A stretch of DNA of 64,000 bases from Candidatus Levyibacteriota bacterium (lineage in GTDB: Bacteria; Patescibacteriota; Microgenomatia; Levybacterales; UBA12049). The DNA is taken from positions 136,125-200,124 of the forward strand of contig JACROF010000002.1 of assembly GCA_016214555.1 (NCBI GenBank). Direction: 5' to 3'. Shown here piece after piece: positions 35,777 to 47,482 of this stretch. The notes beneath the pieces are model-generated. The model was not told where the DNA came from and did not search any database. It was given only the letters and a program-made list of their open reading frames with translations. The number at the start of each line of letters is the position of its first letter. The stretch's first letter is position 1. Position numbers and translations under genes: made by a program.

Positions 35777-35874
35777 TTTTGTGTGCAACACGCGTTGCCC
35801 GCAGTAGCCAGCTCTTTAACAAAACAGTTAGACAACATATTATTGCTGTTTGTACTTCACGGAAAGGAAGAACA

Positions 35875-36753
35875 ATGACGCGAACGCTGTTTGAGCTTGC
35901 TGACGGGTCAGTAATTGGAACTCACCACAGACGAAACGGAGAAAACAATCAGGATGCATCAGCCATCTACCAAGATGACATGCTCACCATTGGGATTGTC
36001 TGTGATGGCTGTAGTGATTCCAAATTTTCTGAATCTGGTTCCAGAATTGGTTCCAGACTCATTTTACAAAGCCTAGTTAAACAACTCAAACGATACTATC
36101 AATCAACGATAGATTGGTCTACTCAACCATCTCCTGCAGCGTGGTCAACTGACCGTCGCTTTTGGGATAGGATTGAGCGAGACACAACGTCTTCTCTTCA
36201 TCAGCTAGCACAGCAAATGGGCGAAAGCCTTACTGAACAAATTGCAATGCATTTTCTGTTCACAACTATTGGCTTTATTATCGCTCCAACAGGAGGAGTT
36301 TTCTTCTCATTTGGAGATGGAGTAATTGTGGTAAATGGCGAGGTTTTACAAATCGGGCCATTTCCAGGAAATGCACCACCCTACATCGGGTACCAGCTGG
36401 TCAATTCGAGAATCGGGACTGAAAATCCCGAGCTGCTCAAATTCCAAGTACATCGAGAAATTCCGCTTGCCGACCTGAATACTTTCATGGTTGGTACAGA
36501 TGGTGTTTTAGATCTCAAAAGATCAGCAGAAAGACCCCTTCCGGGTAAAAGTTCCCGTGTTCGTCCACTATCACAGTTTTGGGAGGAGGATCAATATTTT
36601 CTCAATCCTGATATGGCAAATCGTCTTTTACGACTAGCCAATCAGGAAGTACATATTTTTGATCCTGTGACCAGAGCACTGCTCAAGACAGAATTTGGCA
36701 TTTTGCCAGATGACACTACTTTTATAGTTGGTCGTAGAAGAAAGGAGGGGTAA
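35875..36753 (+). CDS. PP2C-family (PPM) serine/threonine phosphatase
   Basis: Metal-binding Asp motifs: GTHHRRNGENNQDA, VCDGCSDS, and a C-terminal GTDGV. Start at 35875 with a GGAAAGGAAG SD. Confidence 0.6.
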   Translation: MTRTLFELADGSVIGTHHRRNGENNQDASAIYQDDMLTIGIVCDGCSDSKFSESGSRIGSRLILQSLVKQLKRYYQSTIDWSTQPSPAAWSTDRRFWDRIERDTTSSLHQLAQQMGESLTEQIAMHFLFTTIGFIIAPTGGVFFSFGDGVIVVNGEVLQIGPFPGNAPPYIGYQLVNSRIGTENPELLKFQVHREIPLADLNTFMVGTDGVLDLKRSAERPLPGKSSRVRPLSQFWEEDQYFLNPDMANRLLRLANQEVHIFDPVTRALLKTEFGILPDDTTFIVGRRRKEG

Positions 36754-38661
36754 ATGAGAGTCAACATTGACGGGAAAGCTATATCGCTTAATCCCTCCCA
36801 GTCTATTGGACAGGGCGGAGAAGCGGATGTATACCTTGATAGCAATCGTGCCATTAAGATCTTCAAGCCTCCTACTCATAAAGACTTTGATGGTTTGCCT
36901 CAAGCCCAAAAAAAGGCGGCTGAACGGTTAGTCAGGATGCAAACAAAGCTTGCTGACTTCCCCTCAGGACTTCCATCAAAAGTAGTGACACCTCAGTCAA
37001 TAGTCACTGACACATCGGGCAATAAAATCATCGGTTATACGATGGCTTTCATGCCAGACACCGAGGTTTTGCTGCGATACGCTGAAAAAGGCTTTCGCAT
37101 TCCGGGTATTCCCCAACAGACAGTGGTGGATATCTTTCGGGATATGCACCCAACCGTGTTGGGTATTCACCGACAACAGGTGGTAATTGGCGACTTTAAT
37201 GACCTAAATGTGCTGGTAAAAGGCACTGATGGGTTTTTTATTGACGTCGATAGCTTTCAGTTTGGGAAGTATCCCTGTCTTGCTTACACTCAGCGTTTTG
37301 GTGATCCGCTTCTCATGCGGGAAACCACAATAGCTGAGAGAAAAGAAAAGATGGGGTATTTCACTCTTGCAAAACCCCACAATGAACTCTCTGACTGGTA
37401 TGCATTTTCCATTATGCTGATGCAAAGCCTTTTGTTCGTTGACCCTTATGGAGGAGTATACATTCCAAAAACTCCTGCAGATCAGTTCACCGATCCTGAA
37501 AGGCTCATGCATCGCATAACGGTTTTTCATCCTCAGGTTCGCTATCCAAAACCAGCGATTCCCTTAGGAGTGCTCCCTGATCCGCTACTAGACATGTTCC
37601 AGCGAATCTTTGAGAAAGATCACAGAGGGATTTTCCCTTTAAGTCTTCTTGAAGAAATGCACTGGACAACATGCACCAAGTGCGGCGCAGAGCACGCACG
37701 ACCAGTCTGTCCTGAATGCTCTCACGCAGCACCTGCTGCTGTAAAAGCAGTAGTTACCATTCGAGGAAACGTGATAGCAACAAGAATGTTTCAGACAACA
37801 GGCCACATCGTGTTTGCCTCCTCACAAGGAGGAAAACTTGTATGGCTTTACCACGAAAATGGAAGCTATCGAAGAGAAAACAAGGAAGCAGTACTGAAGG
37901 GGTCATTTGATCCGTTCATGCGGTATCGAATCCAGAGCAATCGGACGCTGTTTGGTAAAAACGGACAGCTCATCACGATCGCTCCTGATAAGACGCCGCA
38001 ACGCTTACAAGTTGACTCTTTTGACAAACTTCCGATCTTTGATGCCAATGAAACTACCCGTTACTGGGTAGCAAACGGTCAACTGCTTCGTGACACCACT
38101 GATCTTGGAGTTTTTTCAGAAGGTCTCTCAACAACCATCGGCAATGTCATGGATCACCAGACCTTGTTTTGGGTCGGAAAGACCTTCGGGTTTGGATTCT
38201 ACCGCGTCGGAGAACTTACTGTTGCATTCGTCTTTGATGCAAAGCAACAGGGAATCAATGACTCGGTTAAATTGCGTATCAGCGGACGACTTGTTGATTC
38301 GACATGTGTTTTCTCAAGCACTCACTGCTGGTTTTTTACCAAAACAGTAGAGCAGGGGAGAACCATTAACCGCTGCACGGCAATCAACCGCAACGGCACG
38401 ATCGAAGCAACAATTGAAGTTGACGACGGAGAAGACTCATGGCTTGGAAAAATCAGAGGTAAATGCGCAACAGGTAATGTTCTTTATTCATCAACAGACA
38501 CAGGTATTGTCCGTGTTGAGGTGGATCAAGAACGGATCTTTGTTGCAAAAACATACCCTGACACCGAACCATACGTTTCGGAGGATACCAATCTTTTTGT
38601 AGGACGTGGTTGCATTTATGCAACTACAGATAAGGAGGTGTACGAGCTCAAATTTACCTAA
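36754..38661 (+). CDS. atypical protein kinase-like protein with central Zn-ribbon and C-terminal beta-rich domain
   Basis: Gly-rich loop IGQGGEADVY and AIKIF (VAIK Lys). Catalytic-loop-like HRQQVVIGDFNDLNVLV, an IDVDSF (DFG-equivalent), and a CTKCG...CPECS zinc ribbon. ATG overlaps the PP2C stop (TAAATG). Confidence 0.55.
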   Translation: MRVNIDGKAISLNPSQSIGQGGEADVYLDSNRAIKIFKPPTHKDFDGLPQAQKKAAERLVRMQTKLADFPSGLPSKVVTPQSIVTDTSGNKIIGYTMAFMPDTEVLLRYAEKGFRIPGIPQQTVVDIFRDMHPTVLGIHRQQVVIGDFNDLNVLVKGTDGFFIDVDSFQFGKYPCLAYTQRFGDPLLMRETTIAERKEKMGYFTLAKPHNELSDWYAFSIMLMQSLLFVDPYGGVYIPKTPADQFTDPERLMHRITVFHPQVRYPKPAIPLGVLPDPLLDMFQRIFEKDHRGIFPLSLLEEMHWTTCTKCGAEHARPVCPECSHAAPAAVKAVVTIRGNVIATRMFQTTGHIVFASSQGGKLVWLYHENGSYRRENKEAVLKGSFDPFMRYRIQSNRTLFGKNGQLITIAPDKTPQRLQVDSFDKLPIFDANETTRYWVANGQLLRDTTDLGVFSEGLSTTIGNVMDHQTLFWVGKTFGFGFYRVGELTVAFVFDAKQQGINDSVKLRISGRLVDSTCVFSSTHCWFFTKTVEQGRTINRCTAINRNGTIEATIEVDDGEDSWLGKIRGKCATGNVLYSSTDTGIVRVEVDQERIFVAKTYPDTEPYVSEDTNLFVGRGCIYATTDKEVYELKFT

Positions 38662-38712
38662 ATCGTGAGGCGCTTTGCCTTTCGATCGAGAAAGAAAAAG
38701 GAGTCAACTTCC

Positions 38713-39822
38713 ATGTCCGGATACGTTCGACCATTAACGCTTCCGCCGCACTACGATCCTAAGAATTGCTACCTCGCTGACTACTCCCATCCCGATACGC
38801 GAGTGTTGATGGATGCGGCACTTGTCTGGCGAGGCCAAAACGGGTTAACACCCGTTGGCAACGACGAAGTGATCATCAATGTGACGGCAATCGACAACCA
38901 ACGCGACTTCGTCTTTCCGCCACCTTACGGCACACTCTTTGTGGGTGGCCGATCAGGCACTGGCGCGATGGACGATCAAGCCCGTGCTATGGCGTTCATG
39001 TACAAGTACATGGGCATCATCACAGAGATCAACAACACGCTTGACACCCATGTCGTGTTCCAAGTCTTCTTTGGATGTGCCCATCTAAATAAGGATGGCA
39101 AAAATCCTGCACCCTACACGCAGATCTCGGCTGACGAGTATCGACGGGGTGACTACCGACCAAATCCAGAAATGGCGGCGCAACTAGGCGTTGATCCGGT
39201 CTGGCTGCAAAAGCAGTTTATCTACTACTGCGAGCAGCTGGAAAGTACGGGACGCTACAAGCTGACTATCTGGCCCGATCACTGCCTTCTCGGAACGCCC
39301 GGTCATCAACTGACTGGTGTCATGAACGAGATGCGCATGTTCCACGCATGGGCACGCGGCGCCAATAACAGGCTTGAGGTCAAGGGTGGAAACCCTCTGA
39401 CCGAACACTACTCGGTCTTCAAACCAGAAGTGATGACGACCTGGGACGGTCAAGCAATTCCGGGTGCTCAGAAAAACGTCGAATTTCTTCGACGTCTCAT
39501 GGGTCTTTCCGGACAGCATGCACGCAAAAACAAACGGGTCATCAACATCTTGTGGGGACAAGCACTATCACACTGCGTGGCTTGGGCGATCGACGATTTC
39601 CTCGTGGAGATCAACGCTCAAGACCCAAGTCTTCTGAAGACAGTCTACATCCTTGAAGACTGCTCTTCGCCTGTTTGCGTACCCAACCCTGACGTTCCCG
39701 GAGCCTTCTATGTGGACTTCACACCCGAAGGCCAGGCGGCTCTGGATCGATTCCGCAATGCTGGAATGAACGTCGTGAAATCAACCGACCCAATCGAGAG
39801 CTGGCCAAACATCCAGCTCTAG
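38713..39822 (+). CDS. isochorismatase-family cysteine hydrolase (long form; possibly nicotinamidase-like)
   Basis: VTAIDNQRDFVFPP (isochorismatase D motif) and GQALSHCVAWAIDD (catalytic Cys region). Start at 38713 with an AAGGAG SD. 369 aa, against ~200 aa for canonical PncA. Confidence 0.45.
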   Translation: MSGYVRPLTLPPHYDPKNCYLADYSHPDTRVLMDAALVWRGQNGLTPVGNDEVIINVTAIDNQRDFVFPPPYGTLFVGGRSGTGAMDDQARAMAFMYKYMGIITEINNTLDTHVVFQVFFGCAHLNKDGKNPAPYTQISADEYRRGDYRPNPEMAAQLGVDPVWLQKQFIYYCEQLESTGRYKLTIWPDHCLLGTPGHQLTGVMNEMRMFHAWARGANNRLEVKGGNPLTEHYSVFKPEVMTTWDGQAIPGAQKNVEFLRRLMGLSGQHARKNKRVINILWGQALSHCVAWAIDDFLVEINAQDPSLLKTVYILEDCSSPVCVPNPDVPGAFYVDFTPEGQAALDRFRNAGMNVVKSTDPIESWPNIQL

Positions 39823-39837
39823 CAGAAGGAAACAAAA

Positions 39838-40635
39838 ATGCAATCACAAACAGCAAGCCTCGACGATCTTTTTCAGAGTGCGGTCTCGCAGGGGAGTATC
39901 TCCCCTGCTACGCTTCAAAGCCTCAACATTCAAGACGTTGGGCAAATGATCCAAGGTTGCCTTGGTATCGCAGTCGACGCTGTCACTGCTAGCAAGGTTT
40001 TCCTGGTATCTCTTCTGGTTGATGACTCGTCGTCAATTCGTTTTGCCGGCAATACGCAGGCGATGCGAGACGGCGTCAACTCTGTCCTTGATGCTCTGAA
40101 TGCCGTCAAAAACAAGGACGGAATCCTGGTTTCCTGTCGCTACTTGAACGGGACGGTTCTTTATCCATTTGTCCCGCTCGATCAGGCTATCCGACTTACC
40201 AGCAGCAACTATGATCCATACGGAGGAACTCCTCTGTACGATCAGACTGCTGTACTGGCGGGATCGGTGATCGCTAAAGCACAGGAGTTCATGCTCAACG
40301 GTGTTCCGGTGACATCATCTAGCCTCGTTGTGACCGACGGTCACGATGAAGGTTCGGTGAATTTTCGCCGACCAGAAGCAGTCGAGCCAGTAATCCGAGA
40401 TCTCCTGGTGCAGGAAAAACATATCTTCGCAGCCATGGGAATCGACGATGGTGGCACTACCAACTTCGCGGATATCTTCCGACGGATGGGCTTTCGTGAC
40501 GAATGGGTCATGACCCCATCCAAGTCGGGTCAGGAAATCCGACGGTGCTTCAACATGTTTTCGCAGTCAACAGCGAGCGCTAGTCAAAACGCGACTAGCT
40601 TTTCGCAGACCGCGCAGGCAGGGTTGAACCCGTAA
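39838..40635 (+). CDS. von Willebrand factor type A (vWA) domain protein (TerY-like)
   Basis: MIDAS motifs DDSSSI (DxSxS), GGTPLYD (Thr) and VVTDGHDEG (Asp). AGAAGGAAAC SD. Confidence 0.6.
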   Translation: MQSQTASLDDLFQSAVSQGSISPATLQSLNIQDVGQMIQGCLGIAVDAVTASKVFLVSLLVDDSSSIRFAGNTQAMRDGVNSVLDALNAVKNKDGILVSCRYLNGTVLYPFVPLDQAIRLTSSNYDPYGGTPLYDQTAVLAGSVIAKAQEFMLNGVPVTSSSLVVTDGHDEGSVNFRRPEAVEPVIRDLLVQEKHIFAAMGIDDGGTTNFADIFRRMGFRDEWVMTPSKSGQEIRRCFNMFSQSTASASQNATSFSQTAQAGLNP

Positions 40636-40671
40636 CGTTGTCAACTGTTTTACCTCAAATACGAGGTTCTC

Positions 40672-40697
40672 GGTGGGGCGTCGAAAGACGCCCCACC
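40672..40697. other. GC-rich perfect hairpin (11-bp stem, GAAA loop) at the right edge of the high-GC block
   Basis: GGTGGGGCGTC-GAAA-GACGCCCCACC. No flanking U-tract on either strand. Confidence 0.6.
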
Positions 40698-40810
40698 AAC
40701 TCACACTCTTCATATCTACTTCTTTTTTAAACAATTCCCATACACTCAAAATTCCATATTCGTCCATCTGTTGAAAAGCGTGAAAATTACTGTTATACTG
40801 GGTCGTACTC

Positions 40811-42618
<1,808 letters not shown>

Positions 42619-42713
42619 TGCAAAAAGTAAAATATAAATATAAAAATTAAGGTACTATATATTTTGATTTTTGAATTTTAAGCTTTGAATTAGCTTGAGG
42701 AGGTGAATATACA

Positions 42714-43229
42714 ATGAACATAACTAAATTATCATCAGGAAAAAATCCAGCAACAGGCGAAATTAACGTCCTCGTTGAGATACCAAAAGACAGTGGAATT
42801 AAATATGAGCTTGATAAAGACTCAGGAATCGTTATGGTTGATCGTTTTTTACATACAGCAATGCGATTTCCATCAAATTATGGTTTTGTACCAAATACGT
42901 TAGCAGACGATGGCGACCCACTTGATGTCATGGTCCTTTCTGAGTATGCAGTAGCACCTGGTACAGCAATTCCGGCAGTTGTTATCGGTATGCTTGAGAT
43001 GGAAGACGAGGCAGGAATCGACACCAAAATCCTTGCTGTTCCATCCAAAAAAATTGATCCACTCTTCGGAGAATTCACAGATATTGCTGACGTACCAGAA
43101 GCAACCAAGAATAAAATTAAGCATTTTTACGAGAATTACAAAAGTCTAGAACCTGGAAAATGGGTCAAGCTCAAAGAATGGAAAGATAAAGCGACAGCAC
43201 TTGAAGCGATAAAAAAAGCTTTAAAGTAG
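42714..43229 (+). CDS. ppa: inorganic pyrophosphatase (family I)
   Basis: Conserved DGDPLDV and EIPKDS...YELDK motifs. GAGGAGGTGA SD. Confidence 0.85.
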   Translation: MNITKLSSGKNPATGEINVLVEIPKDSGIKYELDKDSGIVMVDRFLHTAMRFPSNYGFVPNTLADDGDPLDVMVLSEYAVAPGTAIPAVVIGMLEMEDEAGIDTKILAVPSKKIDPLFGEFTDIADVPEATKNKIKHFYENYKSLEPGKWVKLKEWKDKATALEAIKKALK

Positions 43230-43300
43230 CGTCTAGTGACTAGTTGGTAGTCCCGATGGACATCGGGACTATATACTAATTTCTAAACGCTAATTTTGTT

Positions 43301-45847
43301 ATGAGTCAACATATAGGAAAATTACAACCAATTGACATCTCAGCTGAGATGAAAAAATCGTATCTTAACTATGCGATGTCTGTCATCGTTGCTCGAGCGC
43401 TTCCGGATGTTCGTGATGGCCTCAAACCTGTTCACCGTCGCATTCTTTACGGCATGCACGAGATGGGGCTTGGGCCATCTGCCAAATTCCTCAAATCTGC
43501 ACGTATCGTCGGAGAAGTCATGGGAAAATACCATCCACATGGCAACATGGCAATTTATGATTCACTGGTCCGACTAGCGCAGGATTTTTCTATGCGTTAT
43601 CCACTCATTTTAGGACAGGGAAATTTTGGCTCAGTTGACGGCGATCCACCTGCAGCTGATAGGTATACAGAAGCAAAACTCCAGGCAATTTCCATGGAGA
43701 TGCTGGCTGATATTGATAAAGAGACGGTGGAATTTACTCCAAATTACGACGGCTCTTTCCAAGAACCCGCCTATCTCCCATCCCGACTTCCAAACCTACT
43801 TCTTATGGGAAGTGAGGGTATTGCTGTTGGAATGGCTACAAAAATTCCACCACATAATCTAGGAGAGGTAATTGATGCGATCCAGTTTATGATCAAGAAG
43901 ACAACGTTCTCTCATGGAGAAGAAGCTCCTATGAAAGAGGCTCCAAAGGTCTCAACGAGTGTTGGAGATGCAAATGTAAACCAATACGAAAAAGCCCCAA
44001 GTATGCTTGCTGATGTGAGCGTTGATGAGCTTTTGCAATTTGTTAAAGGACCTGATTTTCCAACCGCTGGAGCAATTTTTGATATAGCAGAAATCAAAAA
44101 TGCATACATAAGTGGCCGAGGAAAAATCCTTATTCGCGGAAAAGCAGAAATTGAGGAAATAGGTCAAGGGAAATCAGCCATTATTATCACAGAAATTCCA
44201 TATCAGGTTAATAAAGCTGTCCTAGTCAGTCGGATCGCTGATCTGGCAAAGGAGAGAAAAATTGAAGGCATCACCGACCTTCGCGATGAATCTGACAGAA
44301 GAGGACTTCGAGTTGTGGTAGAGCTTAAAAGAGATGCATCACCCAAAAAAGTACTCAACAATCTTTTCAAGCATACATCACTTCAGACGAGCTTTCCTGT
44401 AAACATGGTAGCACTTGTTGATGGAACGCCCCAAACCGTTACACTAAAAATTATTCTTGAGGAATACCTCAAGCATAGATATTTAGTAATAAAACGCCGA
44501 TCTGAATTTGAATTAAGACAGGCTCAAGCTCGACTTCATATTCTAGAGGGTCTCAAAATTGCAGTTGATCATATTGATGCTGTTATCCAAACAATTCGCG
44601 GATCTAAAGACCAAGAAGACGCTAAGAAAAATCTTATTGAAAAGTTCAAACTCTCAGAGATCCAAGCAACGGCAATTCTTGATATGCAACTTCGAAGATT
44701 AGCCGCTCTTGAAAGACAAAAAATTGAGGACGAGCTAACTATGATCAAAGAAACAATTGCGTATCTTGAGGATCTCCTCGCACATCCTGAGAAAATTTTA
44801 TCGGTCATCAGTGAAGAACTAACCCATCTCAAACAAAAATACGCTGACCCAAGACGCACAAGAGTCTTCAAAGGAAAAGTGGATGAATTTTCAGAAGAAG
44901 ACCTTATCCCAAATGAATCAACAGTAATTACGCTAACACAAACAGGCTACATTAAAAGACAGTCCATGAACTCATTCCAACTTCAAAATAGGGGAGGGAA
45001 GGGCGTAAGAGGTATGACCACGAAAGAAGAAGACACTATTACACATATTAAATCAGCGATGACACATGACAATATTATTTTCTTTACCAATAAAGGAAAG
45101 GCATACCAACTCAGAGCTTATGAAATAGATGAGAGTAGCCGTGTCAGTAAAGGCACAGCAATCGTAAATCTTCTTAATATCGAACAAGGTGAAAAGGTTG
45201 AGTCATTTGTCATCACCTCAAAAGACTTAAAAAAAGGTCATATTTTCCTTACAACAAGAAAAGGAACAGTCAAAAAGACAAAAATTAGTGAATTTGAAAA
45301 TATTCGAAGAAATGGCATGATTGCCATTAAGCTTGATGGGGGAGACGAGCTCGTTTGGAGCAACATTTCAACAGGGGACAACGACATTCTTCTTGTTTCA
45401 AGACAAGGGAAAGCTATTCGTTTCTCAGAAACATCAGTAAGGCCTATGGGAAGAGGAACGATCGGCGTTAGAGGTATAAAACTTGGGTCAGGAGATGAAG
45501 TAATCAGTATGGACGTACTTGATAAAACTGATGTAACGGCAGAGTTATTAACAATTATGGAAAATGGCCTTGGTAAAAAAACAGTTGTCTCTCAATTTCC
45601 AAAGCAACAAAGAGGAGGTCAGGGAGTAAAAGTAGCAAAAGTATCTGACAAAACAGGTGAGGTAGCGGTCTCTCAGATCATCCCACCTGGAAGTGAGGAA
45701 TTGATAATCACCAGTAAAAGAGGTCAGGTAGTCAAGCTTGAAATCTCATCAATTCCACGACTCCAAAGAGATACTCAAGGGGTAATTCTTATGCGATTTT
45801 CTAATACCTCAGACGGCGTCGTCGCCGCAACGTGTATCGAGAAATAA
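43301..45847 (+). CDS. gyrA: DNA gyrase subunit A
   Basis: [22 protein letters not shown]. Active-site Tyr region, C-terminal beta-pinwheel repeats and the QRGGxG GyrA box. Confidence 0.92.
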   Translation: MSQHIGKLQPIDISAEMKKSYLNYAMSVIVARALPDVRDGLKPVHRRILYGMHEMGLGPSAKFLKSARIVGEVMGKYHPHGNMAIYDSLVRLAQDFSMRYPLILGQGNFGSVDGDPPAADRYTEAKLQAISMEMLADIDKETVEFTPNYDGSFQEPAYLPSRLPNLLLMGSEGIAVGMATKIPPHNLGEVIDAIQFMIKKTTFSHGEEAPMKEAPKVSTSVGDANVNQYEKAPSMLADVSVDELLQFVKGPDFPTAGAIFDIAEIKNAYISGRGKILIRGKAEIEEIGQGKSAIIITEIPYQVNKAVLVSRIADLAKERKIEGITDLRDESDRRGLRVVVELKRDASPKKVLNNLFKHTSLQTSFPVNMVALVDGTPQTVTLKIILEEYLKHRYLVIKRRSEFELRQAQARLHILEGLKIAVDHIDAVIQTIRGSKDQEDAKKNLIEKFKLSEIQATAILDMQLRRLAALERQKIEDELTMIKETIAYLEDLLAHPEKILSVISEELTHLKQKYADPRRTRVFKGKVDEFSEEDLIPNESTVITLTQTGYIKRQSMNSFQLQNRGGKGVRGMTTKEEDTITHIKSAMTHDNIIFFTNKGKAYQLRAYEIDESSRVSKGTAIVNLLNIEQGEKVESFVITSKDLKKGHIFLTTRKGTVKKTKISEFENIRRNGMIAIKLDGGDELVWSNISTGDNDILLVSRQGKAIRFSETSVRPMGRGTIGVRGIKLGSGDEVISMDVLDKTDVTAELLTIMENGLGKKTVVSQFPKQQRGGQGVKVAKVSDKTGEVAVSQIIPPGSEELIITSKRGQVVKLEISSIPRLQRDTQGVILMRFSNTSDGVVAATCIEK

Positions 45848-45848
45848 C

Positions 45849-46514
45849 ATGACTGAATTAGAATCCAGCAAACTTTCAAGGTCAGAAACTAAGGAAAGTC
45901 TTTCTCCACATCCCTTTGATATATTAATTGTTCATGGTAAAAACTGGAATAAAAGAGAAATTAAGAAAAAAAATCCAGATCATCGACAAGATCCTGAGTT
46001 TTTGTTAAGTAGAGACTCAATCCTATCAACTGTAGCTGCAGCAGAACTTTATCTTGCAGGAAAAACAAAAAAAATCCTCTTCTCAACAGGACAAACGCGC
46101 GAAGGTTTTCCATCAGAAGCACGAGCCATGTATCAACATCTCAGAACATTTTATTCACCTGATGAAATCCCAGATGATGCAATTGAGCTTGAGGAAACAT
46201 CAATTGATAGTGCTTCAAATGCTGAGCAAGTTATTCCTTTGCTAAAAGGAATAAATCCAGAAAATGTTGGCATCCTCACAGTTGGCTATCATACAAAACG
46301 AATAAAACAAATTTATGATAATTACGGTTTTGCATTTCCAGACGAAAACATTCTTTCTTCTGAAAAAGTTCTTGGACTTGATAAGGATCCACAGAGGGGC
46401 ATATTAAAAGCAGTAAGTAATCAAGCGCTTGAATTAGGGCTTAGACATTTGCTTAAAAGAGATCCTCTCGGAACAGGACTCACAAGAAAGGCTACACAAA
46501 TCGTTCGCAAATAA
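45849..46514 (+). CDS. DUF218 (YdcF/SanA-like) domain protein
   Basis: ILIVHGKNW...FSTGQT...SIDSASNAEQ...TVGYHTKR pattern. Confidence 0.5.
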   Translation: MTELESSKLSRSETKESLSPHPFDILIVHGKNWNKREIKKKNPDHRQDPEFLLSRDSILSTVAAAELYLAGKTKKILFSTGQTREGFPSEARAMYQHLRTFYSPDEIPDDAIELEETSIDSASNAEQVIPLLKGINPENVGILTVGYHTKRIKQIYDNYGFAFPDENILSSEKVLGLDKDPQRGILKAVSNQALELGLRHLLKRDPLGTGLTRKATQIVRK

Positions 46515-46553
46515 ACCTCCCTTTACACCCAAACACTTATTTACCCATCTTTA

Positions 46554-47408
46554 ATGTATAATTACGCTATGATCATTGATGGAAAAGCATTGGCACAGCA
46601 TATTTTAGATAACCTCGCAAAACGAGTTGAGGAGCTAAAGGAGGGAGGTATCACTCCTCATTTAGCGGTCGTACTTATTGGTGATGATGAATCTTCAAAG
46701 GCTTACGTTAGACAAAAAGAGCTCAAAATTCATCAAATAGGGGCTGCAATTACCATCAATCGTTTTGAAAATAACTTCACTGAAGAACAGCTTTTAAGCC
46801 TGATTGCGACATTAAATGAAGATCCCACTATCCATGGAATTATTATTCAGCGTCCACTGCCAGAACATATAGACAATCACACTGTTACAATGTCAACTGT
46901 TGCTGAAAAAGACGTAGACGGATTCCGTGATGATTCTCCATTTGATCCTCCCGTGGGACTTGCTGTATGGAGAATTTTAAAAGAAATCCAACATCATAAA
47001 CACGCTGATACCTCAGTTGAAAAATGGGCACAAACACAACGCATAGTCCTCCTTGGCAAAGGAAGAACAGCAGGACAACCAATTATGAAACTTCTCCGAG
47101 AACATAAAGTGCCATTCACCCTCATCGATAGCAAAACAGAGCAGAGAAAAGAGCTCCTTAATCACGCAGACATTATCATAAGCGCAGTTGGTAAAAAAAA
47201 TATTGTCACAAAAGACGACCTCAACCATAACGCCTCACTCATTGGCGTTGGTATGTTTAGAGGAGACGATGGAAAAATGCACGCGGATTATGATGAAGAG
47301 GAAATCGAAAATGCCGTCGCTTATTTTACCCCCGTACCAGGTGGTGTTGGACCAGTTAATGTTGCAATGCTTTTATCAAATCTTGTAGACGCAGCATCAA
47401 AGTTATAA
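46554..47408 (+). CDS. folD: bifunctional methylenetetrahydrofolate dehydrogenase/cyclohydrolase
   Basis: MIIDGKALA start, GIIIQRPLP, C-terminal PVPGGVGP. The alternative start at 46569 is also possible. Confidence 0.85.
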   Translation: MYNYAMIIDGKALAQHILDNLAKRVEELKEGGITPHLAVVLIGDDESSKAYVRQKELKIHQIGAAITINRFENNFTEEQLLSLIATLNEDPTIHGIIIQRPLPEHIDNHTVTMSTVAEKDVDGFRDDSPFDPPVGLAVWRILKEIQHHKHADTSVEKWAQTQRIVLLGKGRTAGQPIMKLLREHKVPFTLIDSKTEQRKELLNHADIIISAVGKKNIVTKDDLNHNASLIGVGMFRGDDGKMHADYDEEEIENAVAYFTPVPGGVGPVNVAMLLSNLVDAASKL

Positions 47409-47446
47409 ACATTGACAGAGCGGCCTAAAGTATCTAAACTCATATC

Positions 47447-47468
47447 TCAGGGGCATCCCTGATTTTTT
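47447..47468 (+). terminator. rho-independent terminator after folD
   Basis: TCAGGG-GCAT-CCCTGA followed by TTTTTT. Confidence 0.55.
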
Positions 47469-47482
47469 ATGCCTCCGCACTC

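Noticed and set aside
43249-43270. Hairpin AGTCCCGATG-GA-CATCGGGACT between ppa and gyrA as an intrinsic terminator
   Set aside because: Strong stem but no downstream U-tract; it is followed by ATATACTAATTTCT. It could be a weak terminator or processing site, so it is not annotated as a terminator.
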